From positions 1,824,001-1,888,000 of the forward strand of contig CAVUAK010000001.1 of assembly GCA_963739455.1 (NCBI GenBank): a stretch of 64,000 nt of DNA, written 5' to 3'. The stretch is from an uncultured Gemmatimonadales bacterium. GTDB taxonomy: Bacteria > Gemmatimonadota > Gemmatimonadetes > Gemmatimonadales > GWC2-71-9. The notes beneath the pieces are model-generated. The model saw only the letters and a list, made by a program, of their open reading frames with translations, was not told where the DNA came from and did not search any database. The translations under genes and the position numbers were made by a program. Positions 47,030-56,720 of this stretch are shown in pieces (the first letter of the stretch is position 1; the number at the start of each line of letters is the position of its first letter).

Positions 47030-48504
47030 CCGCGATCCTCGCGCTCGACCAGGGCACCACCGGCTCGACGGCGCTCGTCGTGCGCGAGGATGGCCGTATC
47101 ATCGGTCGCGGCTACCGCGAGTTCACCCAGTTCTTCCCGGAACCGGGCTGGGTCGAGCACGATCCACTTGAAATCCTGCGCGTGTCGCTCGAGGCAATGC
47201 GCGAAGCGGTAGCCCAGGCCGGCACACGACCGACGGCGCTCGGCATCACCAACCAACGGGAGACGGTGGTTCTCTGGGACCGGCGAAGCCTGGAGCCGGT
47301 GGCGCGAGCGATCGTCTGGCAGGACCGTCGCACCGCTGCGCGCTGCCGCGAGCTGCGTGAGGCCGGGCTCGAGACGATGATCCGGCGTCGCACCGGCCTC
47401 GTGTGCGATCCCTACTTTTCCGCGACAAAGCTCGAGTGGCTGCTCAGGGACCAGGCACTTCGTGCCGCCGCCGTGCGTGGTGACATTGCGGCGGGAACAG
47501 TGGAGAGCTGGCTCGTGGCGCGACTCACGGGCGGTCTCCACGTCAGCGACCACACGAACGCATCTCGCACCCTTCTCTACAACCTCGCGGCGCGGGCGTG
47601 GGACGATGAACTCCTGGCGCTCTTCTCGGTACCGCGCACGATGCTCGCCGAGATCGTACCCTCGGCCGGCGTGCTGGGTGACGTGCGCGAGGAGCACCTC
47701 GGCTTTCGTCTCCCGATCGCGGGTCTCGCGGGCGACCAGCAGTCGGCTCTCTTCGGTCAGGGTTGCACCCGTTCCGGCATGGCGAAGAACACCTACGGTA
47801 CCGGCGCGTTTCTCCTGGTCCATGCGGGAGATGCGGTGCCTGAACCGGCGCCGGGCCTGCTTGGTACCGCGGCGTGTGGCCCTGCCGGCGAGCCGGCCTA
47901 TGCCGTCGAGGGCAGCGTCTTCATCGCCGGTGCAGCGATTCAATGGCTGCGCGATGGCCTCGGAGTCATCGCGACGGCGTCCGAGACGCAGGCAATGGCC
48001 ATGAGCGTCAGCGACACCGGCGGCGTCACTTTTGTGCCGGCATTTGTCGGGCTCGGCACGCCGCACTGGGAGGCTGAAGCGCGCGGAACCATTACCGGGA
48101 TCACGCGAGGCACCACGCGGGCGCACCTGGTGCGCGCGGCGGTGGAGTCGATTGCGTTTGGAACCGCCGACCTCCTCCGCACCGTCATGGACTCGAGTGC
48201 GCTCGAGGTGCCGGTGCTGCGGGTCGATGGCGGCGCCGCCGCGAACGATTTCCTCATGCAGTTCCAGGCCGACTTGCTCGGCGTTCCGGTCGAGCGTCCG
48301 GCCATGCTGGAGACCACTGCACTCGGCGCTGCCGGCCTCGCGGGTATTGCCACTGGCGTCTGGTCGTCGGTGGAGGAGCTTCGCGGTGGCGATGCCGTGC
48401 GCCGGTTTGAGCCCGCGATCAGCGCCGCGGAGCGGGCAACGCGCCTGCGGGCATGGGAGCGCGCGGTGCACGCAGCCCTCGCCTGGGCACGCTATCAGGC
48501 CTGA
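47026..48504 (+). CDS. glpK: Glycerol kinase
   Basis: DQGTTGST, GITNQRET, IVWQDRRT, DPYFSATK, GDQQSALFGQ, KNTYGTG, LRVDGG. Confidence 0.93.
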   Translation: MTAILALDQGTTGSTALVVREDGRIIGRGYREFTQFFPEPGWVEHDPLEILRVSLEAMREAVAQAGTRPTALGITNQRETVVLWDRRSLEPVARAIVWQDRRTAARCRELREAGLETMIRRRTGLVCDPYFSATKLEWLLRDQALRAAAVRGDIAAGTVESWLVARLTGGLHVSDHTNASRTLLYNLAARAWDDELLALFSVPRTMLAEIVPSAGVLGDVREEHLGFRLPIAGLAGDQQSALFGQGCTRSGMAKNTYGTGAFLLVHAGDAVPEPAPGLLGTAACGPAGEPAYAVEGSVFIAGAAIQWLRDGLGVIATASETQAMAMSVSDTGGVTFVPAFVGLGTPHWEAEARGTITGITRGTTRAHLVRAAVESIAFGTADLLRTVMDSSALEVPVLRVDGGAAANDFLMQFQADLLGVPVERPAMLETTALGAAGLAGIATGVWSSVEELRGGDAVRRFEPAISAAERATRLRAWERAVHAALAWARYQA

Positions 48505-48510
48505 CCTCGG

Positions 48511-49972
48511 TCAGGGATTGCTGGACGGAATTCCCAGGGCGTGACAGGCGGTGCACATCTGCGGGTTCGCCTTGCGCAGTTTCTCGGCGGGGAAGTTTGG
48601 CCCATGCGGATTGAAGCGCCGCCCGCCGAACGACGAATGACACACCATGCAGTCCTTCTCACTGTGACAACTGACGCAGGTCTCGAGACCCTGTCGGGCG
48701 GCGGGCCCGTGCCCCGCCGCGAACGTGGGGTTTCCATCGTGGTAGATCGCCTGCCCGCCGATGAACCGGCCCCCTGAGGCGATGCCGTTCTGCGCGTGAC
48801 AGGTCTGGCAGAACTGGCCCGGGTTGTGGCAGTCGGAGCATGAAGCTTCACGACCATACGCTGCGACCGGGTGCCGAGTGATGAAATCGGCCGGGTGAAA
48901 TGTGCCTTGCGTGCCCGCGTTTGGGCGGTGGCATTGCAGGCATTGCTCCTGAACGTGGCATCCCGCGCATGTCTGCGGCGATGTGCCCGCCAGTTGCGCA
49001 TGGCCATCGGTGAAGTCGGTGCCGTGCGTGGCGGGGCGGGCGCGGGTCACGGTGGCACCTGCGCCGCGGCCTGGTCCCGCCACGGCGAGCACTCGCACCT
49101 GCTGGGGCGGCACCTGGTGGCACGCCTCGCAGCTGGTAGCGGTATGACACGAGCCGCATTGCTGGGTCACTTGCTGCTTCGACAGCTTGCGGCCGTGGGA
49201 GCTCGCGAACGCCGGCACCGAGTGCGATGCCGGAGCCTTCACGTCCGGCACGGCCATGGCGAGTGAACGCGCATCGGGCTGGAGCGCCTGGATCGCGGGC
49301 ACCTCGGGCGCGTTGACGTGACAGGTGATGCAGTAGTCCCGCGCGTGACAGGTCGTGCAGGAAGGTGACACGTTGTACTTCACGCCGTTCAGCACGATCG
49401 GCCCGGCGAACTTTCCATGTCCCGACTGGAAATCCGGCGAGGCATGTGAAGCAGGTGCCTTCCAGGTGGCGACTTGGGCCTCGGTGACGCCTGGTGGCAT
49501 CTCCCAGAACGGCACGTGGCAGGTGGCGCACTGCCCCGGCGGCGCGTCGAAGTGGTCGGTGCCCGCCTTGTGGCACGCCAGGCAGTTCCCGATCACGTCG
49601 CGCTGCACGTTCATCCACTTCGCGCCCGGCTCGCTGTGGCAGGACGCGCATGCCAGCCCACTGTCGCCTCGCGGCTTCGCGGCAACGACTCGCTGGTGGG
49701 CCTCGTGAGTAAACCGGAGGTTCGACGGAAGCGCCCCTGTGCGCGGTGCCCAGGTGACCGACTTCTGGATCTTGTCGTCATGGCAGGCCGCGCAGTCGGC
49801 CGGCGCGGGCCACAGCGGCTTCCGGGTCTCCGCCGCTCCTGCGTGACAAGTCTCACAGCGCACAAAGAGCGTGGCGTGCTGCGTGTGATCGAATGGAACA
49901 GCCTTCACCGCAGCGGCAGCCAGCAGGGCGCTCGCAGCGAGGGCGAGGAATCGCGAAGTGCGCGCTGGTCAT
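48511..49972 (-). CDS. Periplasmic 16-heme c-type cytochrome (frameshift in signal peptide)
   Basis: 16 CxxCH counted. ATG at 49972 overlaps the porin stop; removing one base restores the signal peptide ..RFLALAASALLAAAA. Confidence 0.9.
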
Positions 49973-51477
49973 CGCTGGTATCCCACCGCACTCGGCATGC
50001 GCTTCACGGCGTCGGGCAAGCCGGTCCGGTCGGCGCCACCCGCGCTGAATACGTAAGTGACGTAGGCGCTGATGCGGGCCTGGTTCCAGTCGAACGCGGC
50101 CGCGTCCGGTCGCTTCCGGTTCTCGTTCACGTAGACGATGGATGCTCCGACGAGCACCTGCTGCGTGGTGCGCAGGCTCACGTCGAGCCCCGCCCAGGTG
50201 AGGTAGCTGTCATCGAATCGGTATACCAGCGGGCGCTGGCTGTACGCGCCGTAGAGGCGCAACACCATCGCGTCGAATGGATTCCAGCCGACCGAGGCGT
50301 CGCCTCCTGCGGCCACGGCACCGAAGTTCCTCTCGTACATCCAGCCGGCATCGAAGGTCCAGCGTGGCAGCGCCGTGACCGTGGCTCCGACCGCCCACAG
50401 CGTGCCCGTTGGTGCGGCGCTGCCGAGCGCCGTCTCCGCGCCGGTGTTCTCGTACTCCTGCCACTGTATGCGCCCACGCAGCTTGAGCCAGCGGGTCGCC
50501 GAGACGATCGCCGATGCCTGCACGCCGTTCCACGGCACCGGGGAGAACGCCGGCCAGATCGACCAGAGATCGAAGCGCGGCATGTACCGCTTGTAGCCCG
50601 CCGTGGCCGAGACGCGCGGGGCGGTGAAGCGCACTTCGGCATCCGCGCTGCCGACCCAGCCCTGGGCAAGGTCGTATTCCATCCAGCCAGCCACGGCCAG
50701 CCGGGGGACCGGGCGGACCACCGCGCTGCCCGAGAGGAAATCCGACATGAGGTAGTCGGTGGAGCGGTCAACCTGGCGCTGCCACTGCGCCTGCGCCTCC
50801 ACTGGGCCGCCGACAAAGCCCACGAGCACGCCACCAATGAGGTTTCGTTCACCGGGTATGAAGTCGCCGAGTGGGGCGGTGACCGGGTCGTTCACGCCTA
50901 CCGAACTGGAGCGCGCGAGTCCCAGGCCGGCATAGCCGGTGGCTTCGAGGCCGTACTTCCGGTAGCGCAATGTGGCCCGGCCGCCATCGAAGCCGGCGAA
51001 GCCGAGACGCGTTGTGATGGTTTGCCGTCCCGCGAGGACGGCGAACCAGTCGTGCTGGTAGCTGAGGTAGCCTTCCCAGAACTGGAACGCGGGCGTGGTC
51101 GCGGCGAACGCCTCGTCGCCCGCGTTGCCGTTCATGCGGAAGTTGAGGTGCGCGCTCAGTCCGGCGGTTCCCAGGCCCCATGCGGTCACGTCGGTCGTGA
51201 AGACGAGCGGGGCGTACTGCACCCTGGGGCCGGCGGCGTAGAAGTAGCACCAGTTGGGTGCGCTGCAGGCCACCGCATAGCCCGTCGCACTGTAGAGCCC
51301 GCCGCCGTCTCCCACCACCACCTCCGACCGCGGAATGCTGTCGAGCAGCCAGCCGCGAGTGGCGACGCTCTGACCGCGCAGGTCAAACGACCCGCGGAAG
51401 CCTTGTGCCGATGCCGCCGATACGCCCAGCGCGATGCCCACTGCCACCAGCGCCACAACGCGCGCGGGGTGCTTCAC
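49969..51477 (-). CDS. Outer-membrane beta-barrel protein (porin of a porin-cytochrome complex)
   Basis: Signal peptide ending ASA|Q; alternating aromatic-rich strands (LRLYGAYSQ, VGASIVYVNE, ARISAYVTYVF); sits between two multiheme genes. Confidence 0.78.
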   Translation of the reverse strand: MKHPARVVALVAVGIALGVSAASAQGFRGSFDLRGQSVATRGWLLDSIPRSEVVVGDGGGLYSATGYAVACSAPNWCYFYAAGPRVQYAPLVFTTDVTAWGLGTAGLSAHLNFRMNGNAGDEAFAATTPAFQFWEGYLSYQHDWFAVLAGRQTITTRLGFAGFDGGRATLRYRKYGLEATGYAGLGLARSSSVGVNDPVTAPLGDFIPGERNLIGGVLVGFVGGPVEAQAQWQRQVDRSTDYLMSDFLSGSAVVRPVPRLAVAGWMEYDLAQGWVGSADAEVRFTAPRVSATAGYKRYMPRFDLWSIWPAFSPVPWNGVQASAIVSATRWLKLRGRIQWQEYENTGAETALGSAAPTGTLWAVGATVTALPRWTFDAGWMYERNFGAVAAGGDASVGWNPFDAMVLRLYGAYSQRPLVYRFDDSYLTWAGLDVSLRTTQQVLVGASIVYVNENRKRPDAAAFDWNQARISAYVTYVFSAGGADRTGLPDAVKRMPSAVGYQR

Positions 51478-53487
51478 CGGTCGCCCAGGAGCTGCGGACG
51501 AAACGCCGATGGCGTGGCCAGCAGGTGGCACACAGTGCACTGCGTCCCTGCCTGGTGATCCACCTTGGGATCGTGGCAGGCGAGACAGAAAGCGCGATTG
51601 GGCTCAAGCCGCGACACGGTGGTTGCCTGGTGGCAGGCGACGCAGTCCACGTGCGACTCGCGGGTGTGCGCCTCCCAGTTCGTCGTACCACGATGGCAGC
51701 CGGCACAGTCGCGCCCGGCGTCATGATGCTGGTCGTGGCACCCCTGGCACTGTGCTGCCGCGGGGGATGCGGCCAGGGTCACCGGTGTGGTGTGACAGGT
51801 GAGGCACGTGACGGCGCCGTGACCTTCATGGCTGAATGCCACCTCGCGGGCGCGATCGGGCGCCTTCGGGGCGCTCGTCTGCACGTGAATGGTCTCGCTG
51901 ACCTGCAGCTCCTGCATGCGCGATGCGTCATGGCAGGACGAGCAATCGGCCTTCGTGGGCGCCTGGTGATGGCAGATGAGGCACCCGCGCGGGGCCTTGA
52001 ACGTGACGGTGCTCGCCTTCGACTTCACGTCGTGGCAGGTGATGCAGTGGAGTTTCTTGTGGTTGCTGTGCGAGAAGGGCCGGGGCGGTGCTCCTGGTGG
52101 GACAGGGTCTGGCGGCGGATCATCGATTGGTGCGTCACCCTTCCCGTGCGGCAACGGGGGTGCGATGTCCAGCGGACCGGACGTGCGCTGCAAGGTCTTG
52201 AGCGTGTCGAAGGGCAGGGGCGGCTTGCGGCGCAGTGCCGCGCGCGCCTTCGAACTCTGGTGGCACCCGACGCAATCTGACGCGTCCACCCGTGCCGCAT
52301 GCGGTGTGTGGCAGGTCTCGCAGCGCGCCGCGATCTTGCGATGCGCTGCGCCATCATGGAAGGCCACTTTCTTCGTATCCGCATGACAGCCCGCATCGGT
52401 GCAGCTCTTGAGCGCGTCCTTCGGTTTCACGTTCTGGTGCGGATTGTGGCACATGCCGCAGGTGCCGCCGTGCGGGTCGCGCTCCGGATTGAAGTCCGCA
52501 AGCCGTTCCCGCATCGCATGGCACGAGAAACACTGTTTCGATCCCGGTCGCAAGGCACCCTTGGCGGAATCGAAGGTGGCGAGCTCCGGGACCACGCGCG
52601 TGAACCGGTGGCAGACCATGCAGTGGAGCCCCGTCTGCCCCGCCATCTTCCCCAGCCGGATGTTCACGTCTTCAGTAAGGTGACAACCCTGCTGGGAGCA
52701 GGTGCTGTCCACCGGCGCAAAGCGGTGAGCCGAGCGCGCGTGACAGGTGAGGCATTCCACCTTTCCGCGGAGCGCCGAGCTGTCCGACTCCAGGTGCGTG
52801 CGGTGGCCGGCGGTCTTCGAAATGGCCTGCCATGTCGCCTTTGCGGCGCCCAGCTTGTGGCATTTCTCGCAGACGTCCCTGGGCACCTTGCCATGCTCGG
52901 GGATTGTCGAGTCGCGGACACCCGACATCCACAGCGTCATCTTCACCGCTTCCTTGCGGAAGTCGAAGGCGTGGCAGGTGTGACAGTTCAGCGTGTCGTG
53001 CTTGCCCTCGAGCTTGTTGACCAGCGTGTAGTCGCCGCTGTCGGGGCGCTCCACCACCTGGCCACTCGGCACGAAGACGTGGCACCCGTTGCACATGCGC
53101 GGGTCGTTCATCATGAAGTCGTACGACTTCATGCCGGCCGCGACGACGCCGAGCACCGCCAGCAGCACCACAGCGCCCAGGGCCGCCTTCACCGCCGTGC
53201 TTCGGGTCGCGAGGTACTTCACCACCGCCTTGATGTGCCCCCGCAGCCACCAGAGCGCGGCGATCCCCAGCGATGGCGGCGAGGATGGCGCCGCCCCACA
53301 TCACCCACGGGGGCTTCTGGAAGATCCACTGGATGATCGGGGTGACGGTGTCCGGCAGCAGCGTGTGGTCGACGGTGGAGTCGAGCACCTCGGGGTGGCC
53401 GGGCACCCGGATGGTGGCAGTGTCCTGCCTGCCAACGGAAGCGGCCGCCACGTAGGCGGCCGCACCGTGAACCAGCCGAGTCAGCAC
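51474..53487 (-). CDS. Membrane-anchored 20-heme cytochrome c with NapC/NrfH-like N-terminus (frameshift in GGGG run near 53265)
   Basis: Two hydrophobic helices, then DPRMCNGCH; 18 CxxCH plus 2 CX4CH; Pro-rich linker. Restores to 670 aa. Confidence 0.88.
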
Positions 53488-53512
53488 GGGACGCCCGCGC
53501 TCCACTGGCGGC

Positions 53513-55142
53513 TTACCGGATCGCGGTCTGCCGTGCACCGGCGGGAGGGGTGTACCGGATGCCAGGCGTGGAGAGCGCATTCCGGACCGCAGCTTCCTGG
53601 GCCGGGGAAAGCGCGTTGAGCAGGCCATACCGCGCGCGTACCGCGTCGATCGACCCGGCGATCAGTCCGCGGTAGAGCACGGGGTTGTGGATGCCCTTGG
53701 AGCCATCGTTGTGCGGATAGAGTTCCTCGCCCAGCATCCGCGCGTTGAACAACGCACCCTCGGCCACCGACAGGCTGTTGTCCTTCGCATCGGCGGTGCA
53801 GCAGAAGTACGCGGAATCGGTTGCGGGCACGGTCGTGCCCGGATGCTGGGCAAGAACCGCAGGCAGCAGGCCGCCATCGGTAGTCTCGAGCACGGTATTG
53901 TGGTTCGTGTCGATCCACAGGATGTCTACCAGCACCTTGATGCTGGCCCGCGTGCTGTTGAAGAGATTGGCTGCGTTGTTGGCATTGCCATGACAGGCGG
54001 TGCAACCAGTCCAGAATCGCGCAGTTGCCGTGTATTCGCAACTTCCCGCGGTCGGGAGGCCGTTCGCGTCCTTGCACGGGTTGGGCGAGAACAGGTGACC
54101 GACCGAGGTGAACTCCGTGCCCGTGGAGAGGTCGGTGGTCGTGAAGGTGACCACGTGGCACCCGGCGCACAGGCGCGTGTTTGCCGTCACATGCGACGTC
54201 TGCACCGGGTTGTCCGGGTCATAGACGAACCCGGGAGGCGGCCAGCCGGCGGCCTCGCCGAAGTACACCGCGCCCTGGGACGCGTGGGCACCGCGCGAGT
54301 TGATCGTGAAGGACGGCGTCGCCGACGCGCTCTTGGTATGGCAACTCGAACAGAGGTTGGCTGTCCACGTCCGGATTGTCGATCGGGGCACGGAGCTGCC
54401 CGGCGTTTGTCTTGGCGTGCGGATCGTGACAGACAGCGCAGGTGAGCGGGAATTGCGTGGTCTTCCCGATGTAGTTGGTAGGCGCGTTGCCGCTCAGCTT
54501 GGCCATCGCCTGGGCGCCGCTATGGCAGGAGACGCCGCACGAGGTCGGCGTCTCAGCCGGCCCGCCGGGTTCATTCCGCAGGTTCGCATGCGCCGATTGC
54601 GACCATTGCTCCGCGAACGGGTGATGGGCCCCCGAATGGCAGGCGACACAGGTCTGTCCCGGCGGGGTTACCAGCCCGCTCGCGAGCGGGATGTTGGTCG
54701 AGTTCGGGTTGGTGACGTGGGTGAGGCCAGGACCGTGGCAGCTTTCGCACTGAACATTGTGATAGACGGAATCGGGCACGGCATTCCAGCCACCGGGAAT
54801 CCCAGCGGCGAAATAGGTGTTCCCGTTCTGCGATACGGTATGACAGCCAAAGCACGTCGGCAGTGCGACCCCCGGCGGCAGGGACGCGAGCGTTGCGTAT
54901 GCGTCGGCGTGCCTGGTGCCGGACCATTCCGTCTGGTTGTTGACGTGGCAGTTGCCGCAGGTCGTCTGGTTGGTGTGGACGTCATACAGCCCCAGGAATC
55001 CGGCCACGCTGTCGGGCGCCGGGTTGAAGCGGGGCTGGTCCACCTCGACGATCTCGGTATTGGTGCAGGCGCTCGCGGTGAACGCGCCCGCCAGGACGAC
55101 GAGCGCGAGCAGGGTCCAGTGCGGACGAAGGTTCGTGCGCAT
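53513..55142 (-). CDS. Multiheme (9-heme) c-type cytochrome lipoprotein (frameshift near 54360)
   Basis: Lipobox-like ASAC; 8 CxxCH plus 1 CX3CH (CGVSCH); C-terminal DGSKGIHNP. Restores to 542 aa. Confidence 0.88.
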
Positions 55143-55386
55143 GCGCGTCTCGGGAAGGCGAGGAATGACCGGCAGCAGTCTGCTACACATTACCGCCCGG
55201 TAGTTGTACGGACAAGAGAGCCCTGATGATCATTCCGTGAAGTTATCTTGTTCATTCCCTTGGAGTTATGGCAAGCGCCTTCGTGATGATCTCTTCACTC
55301 GTATCGACCCCATTCCGGCGCCAGTGCGGCTCCAGTATTCTCCTGTCGCTCGTTCAGATGCCACTCACTCCGAGGCAACGCCCCTC

Positions 55387-56197
55387 GTGACAACGACATG
55401 CCCTGCCTGCGGCGCCGCAGCCAGCGGGAAGTTCTGCAGCTCATGCGGCGCAGCGTTGTCACCCCGCAACTGCGGTCAATGCGGCCGGCCGGTCGCCCCA
55501 GGCGCGCAGTTCTGCCGGGATTGCGGCGCCGCAGTCGGGAGCCAGTCCCGCCAGCGTGGGTGGTGGGGATCGAGGTGGCCGGACCGCCTGGATTGCCGCA
55601 GCCGGACTCGGTGCGGCAGTGCTCGCGGTCGTCATCGCCTTTCTCGTCAAGAACGAGCGCCGCCCCGTGCCTTCGGCTGGGCCGATGGCTGCGGCGCTAT
55701 CGGCTGAAGCACAGACTTCGGCTGGACCGGAGGGAACGCCTCCAGACATCAGCAGCATGTCTCCGAAGGAGCGGTACGACCGGCTCTACAACCGGGTCAT
55801 GCGCGCTGCTGAATCGGGTGACCAGGCCACCGTGGAGCGCTTCACTCCCATGACGGTCATGGCCTTTCAGCAGCTCGACAGCATCGACGCCGATGCGCGC
55901 TTCCACATGGCGATGTTGCTCTTGCACACCGGGCAGGTTCCCGGCGCACAGGCGGAAGCCGACAGTATCCTCAAGTTCTCGCCCGGCCACCTCTTCGGGT
56001 ACATGATCCGGGGAGCCGTCGCCCGCTGGAACAAGGACGCGGGGGCCCTCAAGAAGGCTCAGGACGAGTTCCTGGTGCGCTACGACACGGAGATGAAGGC
56101 CAAGCGGCCCGAGTATGGGGAGCATGAGCGGGCGGTGAGTGACTTCCGGGCCTCAGCGCTGGGGCAGGCTCCTCCGCCCCCGGCCGCCGGTTCCTGA
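55387..56197 (+). CDS. Double zinc-ribbon + TM + TPR-like protein (frameshift near 55550)
   Basis: CPAC, CSSC, CGQC, CRDC in ORF 55204-55707; TM and helical domain in ORF 55556-56197. Removing one base gives 269 aa. Confidence 0.7.
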
Positions 56198-56281
56198 CCG
56201 ATCAGCCAGGGGTCGGCGAAGGTATATTTGAGACCGTAACCTGATTGCAGGTCGGCAGGGGTACAGGCAGGAGGAGATGAC

Positions 56282-56704
56282 ATGAAGCCGGGTACCAAGT
56301 TCCTTATCGGCGCGCTGCTGATTGTGGGCAGCGTCGGTTTCCTCATCGCCCAAGGGGTGAAGGAAACCGGGGTGTATTTCCTGACGCCCACCGAGCTCGC
56401 TGCAAAGACCACCTCGGATCCCACGTTCTTCGACGTCGGCCTCAAGCTGGGTGCCAAGGTGGTTCCGGGTTCGATCAAGCGGGATGCAGCAACCCAGCAG
56501 GTCGATTTCCTGGTGAGTGACGGTGGCCGGCAGTACCCGGTGTCCTACCGCGGTATCGTGCCGGACACATTCACCGACGCGAATGACATCGAGGTCATCG
56601 TCGAGGGGCGCCTCGGGCGCGATGGTGTCTTCCACGCCACAGAAGTGTTCGCCAAGTGTGGTTCCCGCTACGAGGCCGAACTCGACAAGGCTGCCAAGGC
56701 CTGA
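56282..56704 (+). CDS. ccmE: Cytochrome c maturation heme chaperone CcmE, CxxxY variant
   Basis: N-terminal TM, YFLTPTE, YRGIVPDTF, VIVEG, FAKCGSRY. Confidence 0.92.
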   Translation: MKPGTKFLIGALLIVGSVGFLIAQGVKETGVYFLTPTELAAKTTSDPTFFDVGLKLGAKVVPGSIKRDAATQQVDFLVSDGGRQYPVSYRGIVPDTFTDANDIEVIVEGRLGRDGVFHATEVFAKCGSRYEAELDKAAKA

Positions 56705-56720
56705 TCGCACGGCTCCTGAC

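Noticed and set aside
46022..48504. mtnA-glpK coupling as a novel methionine-salvage kinase step
   Set aside because: The kinase keeps canonical glycerol kinase motifs and no other mtn genes are adjacent; the 4-nt overlap alone is weak evidence.
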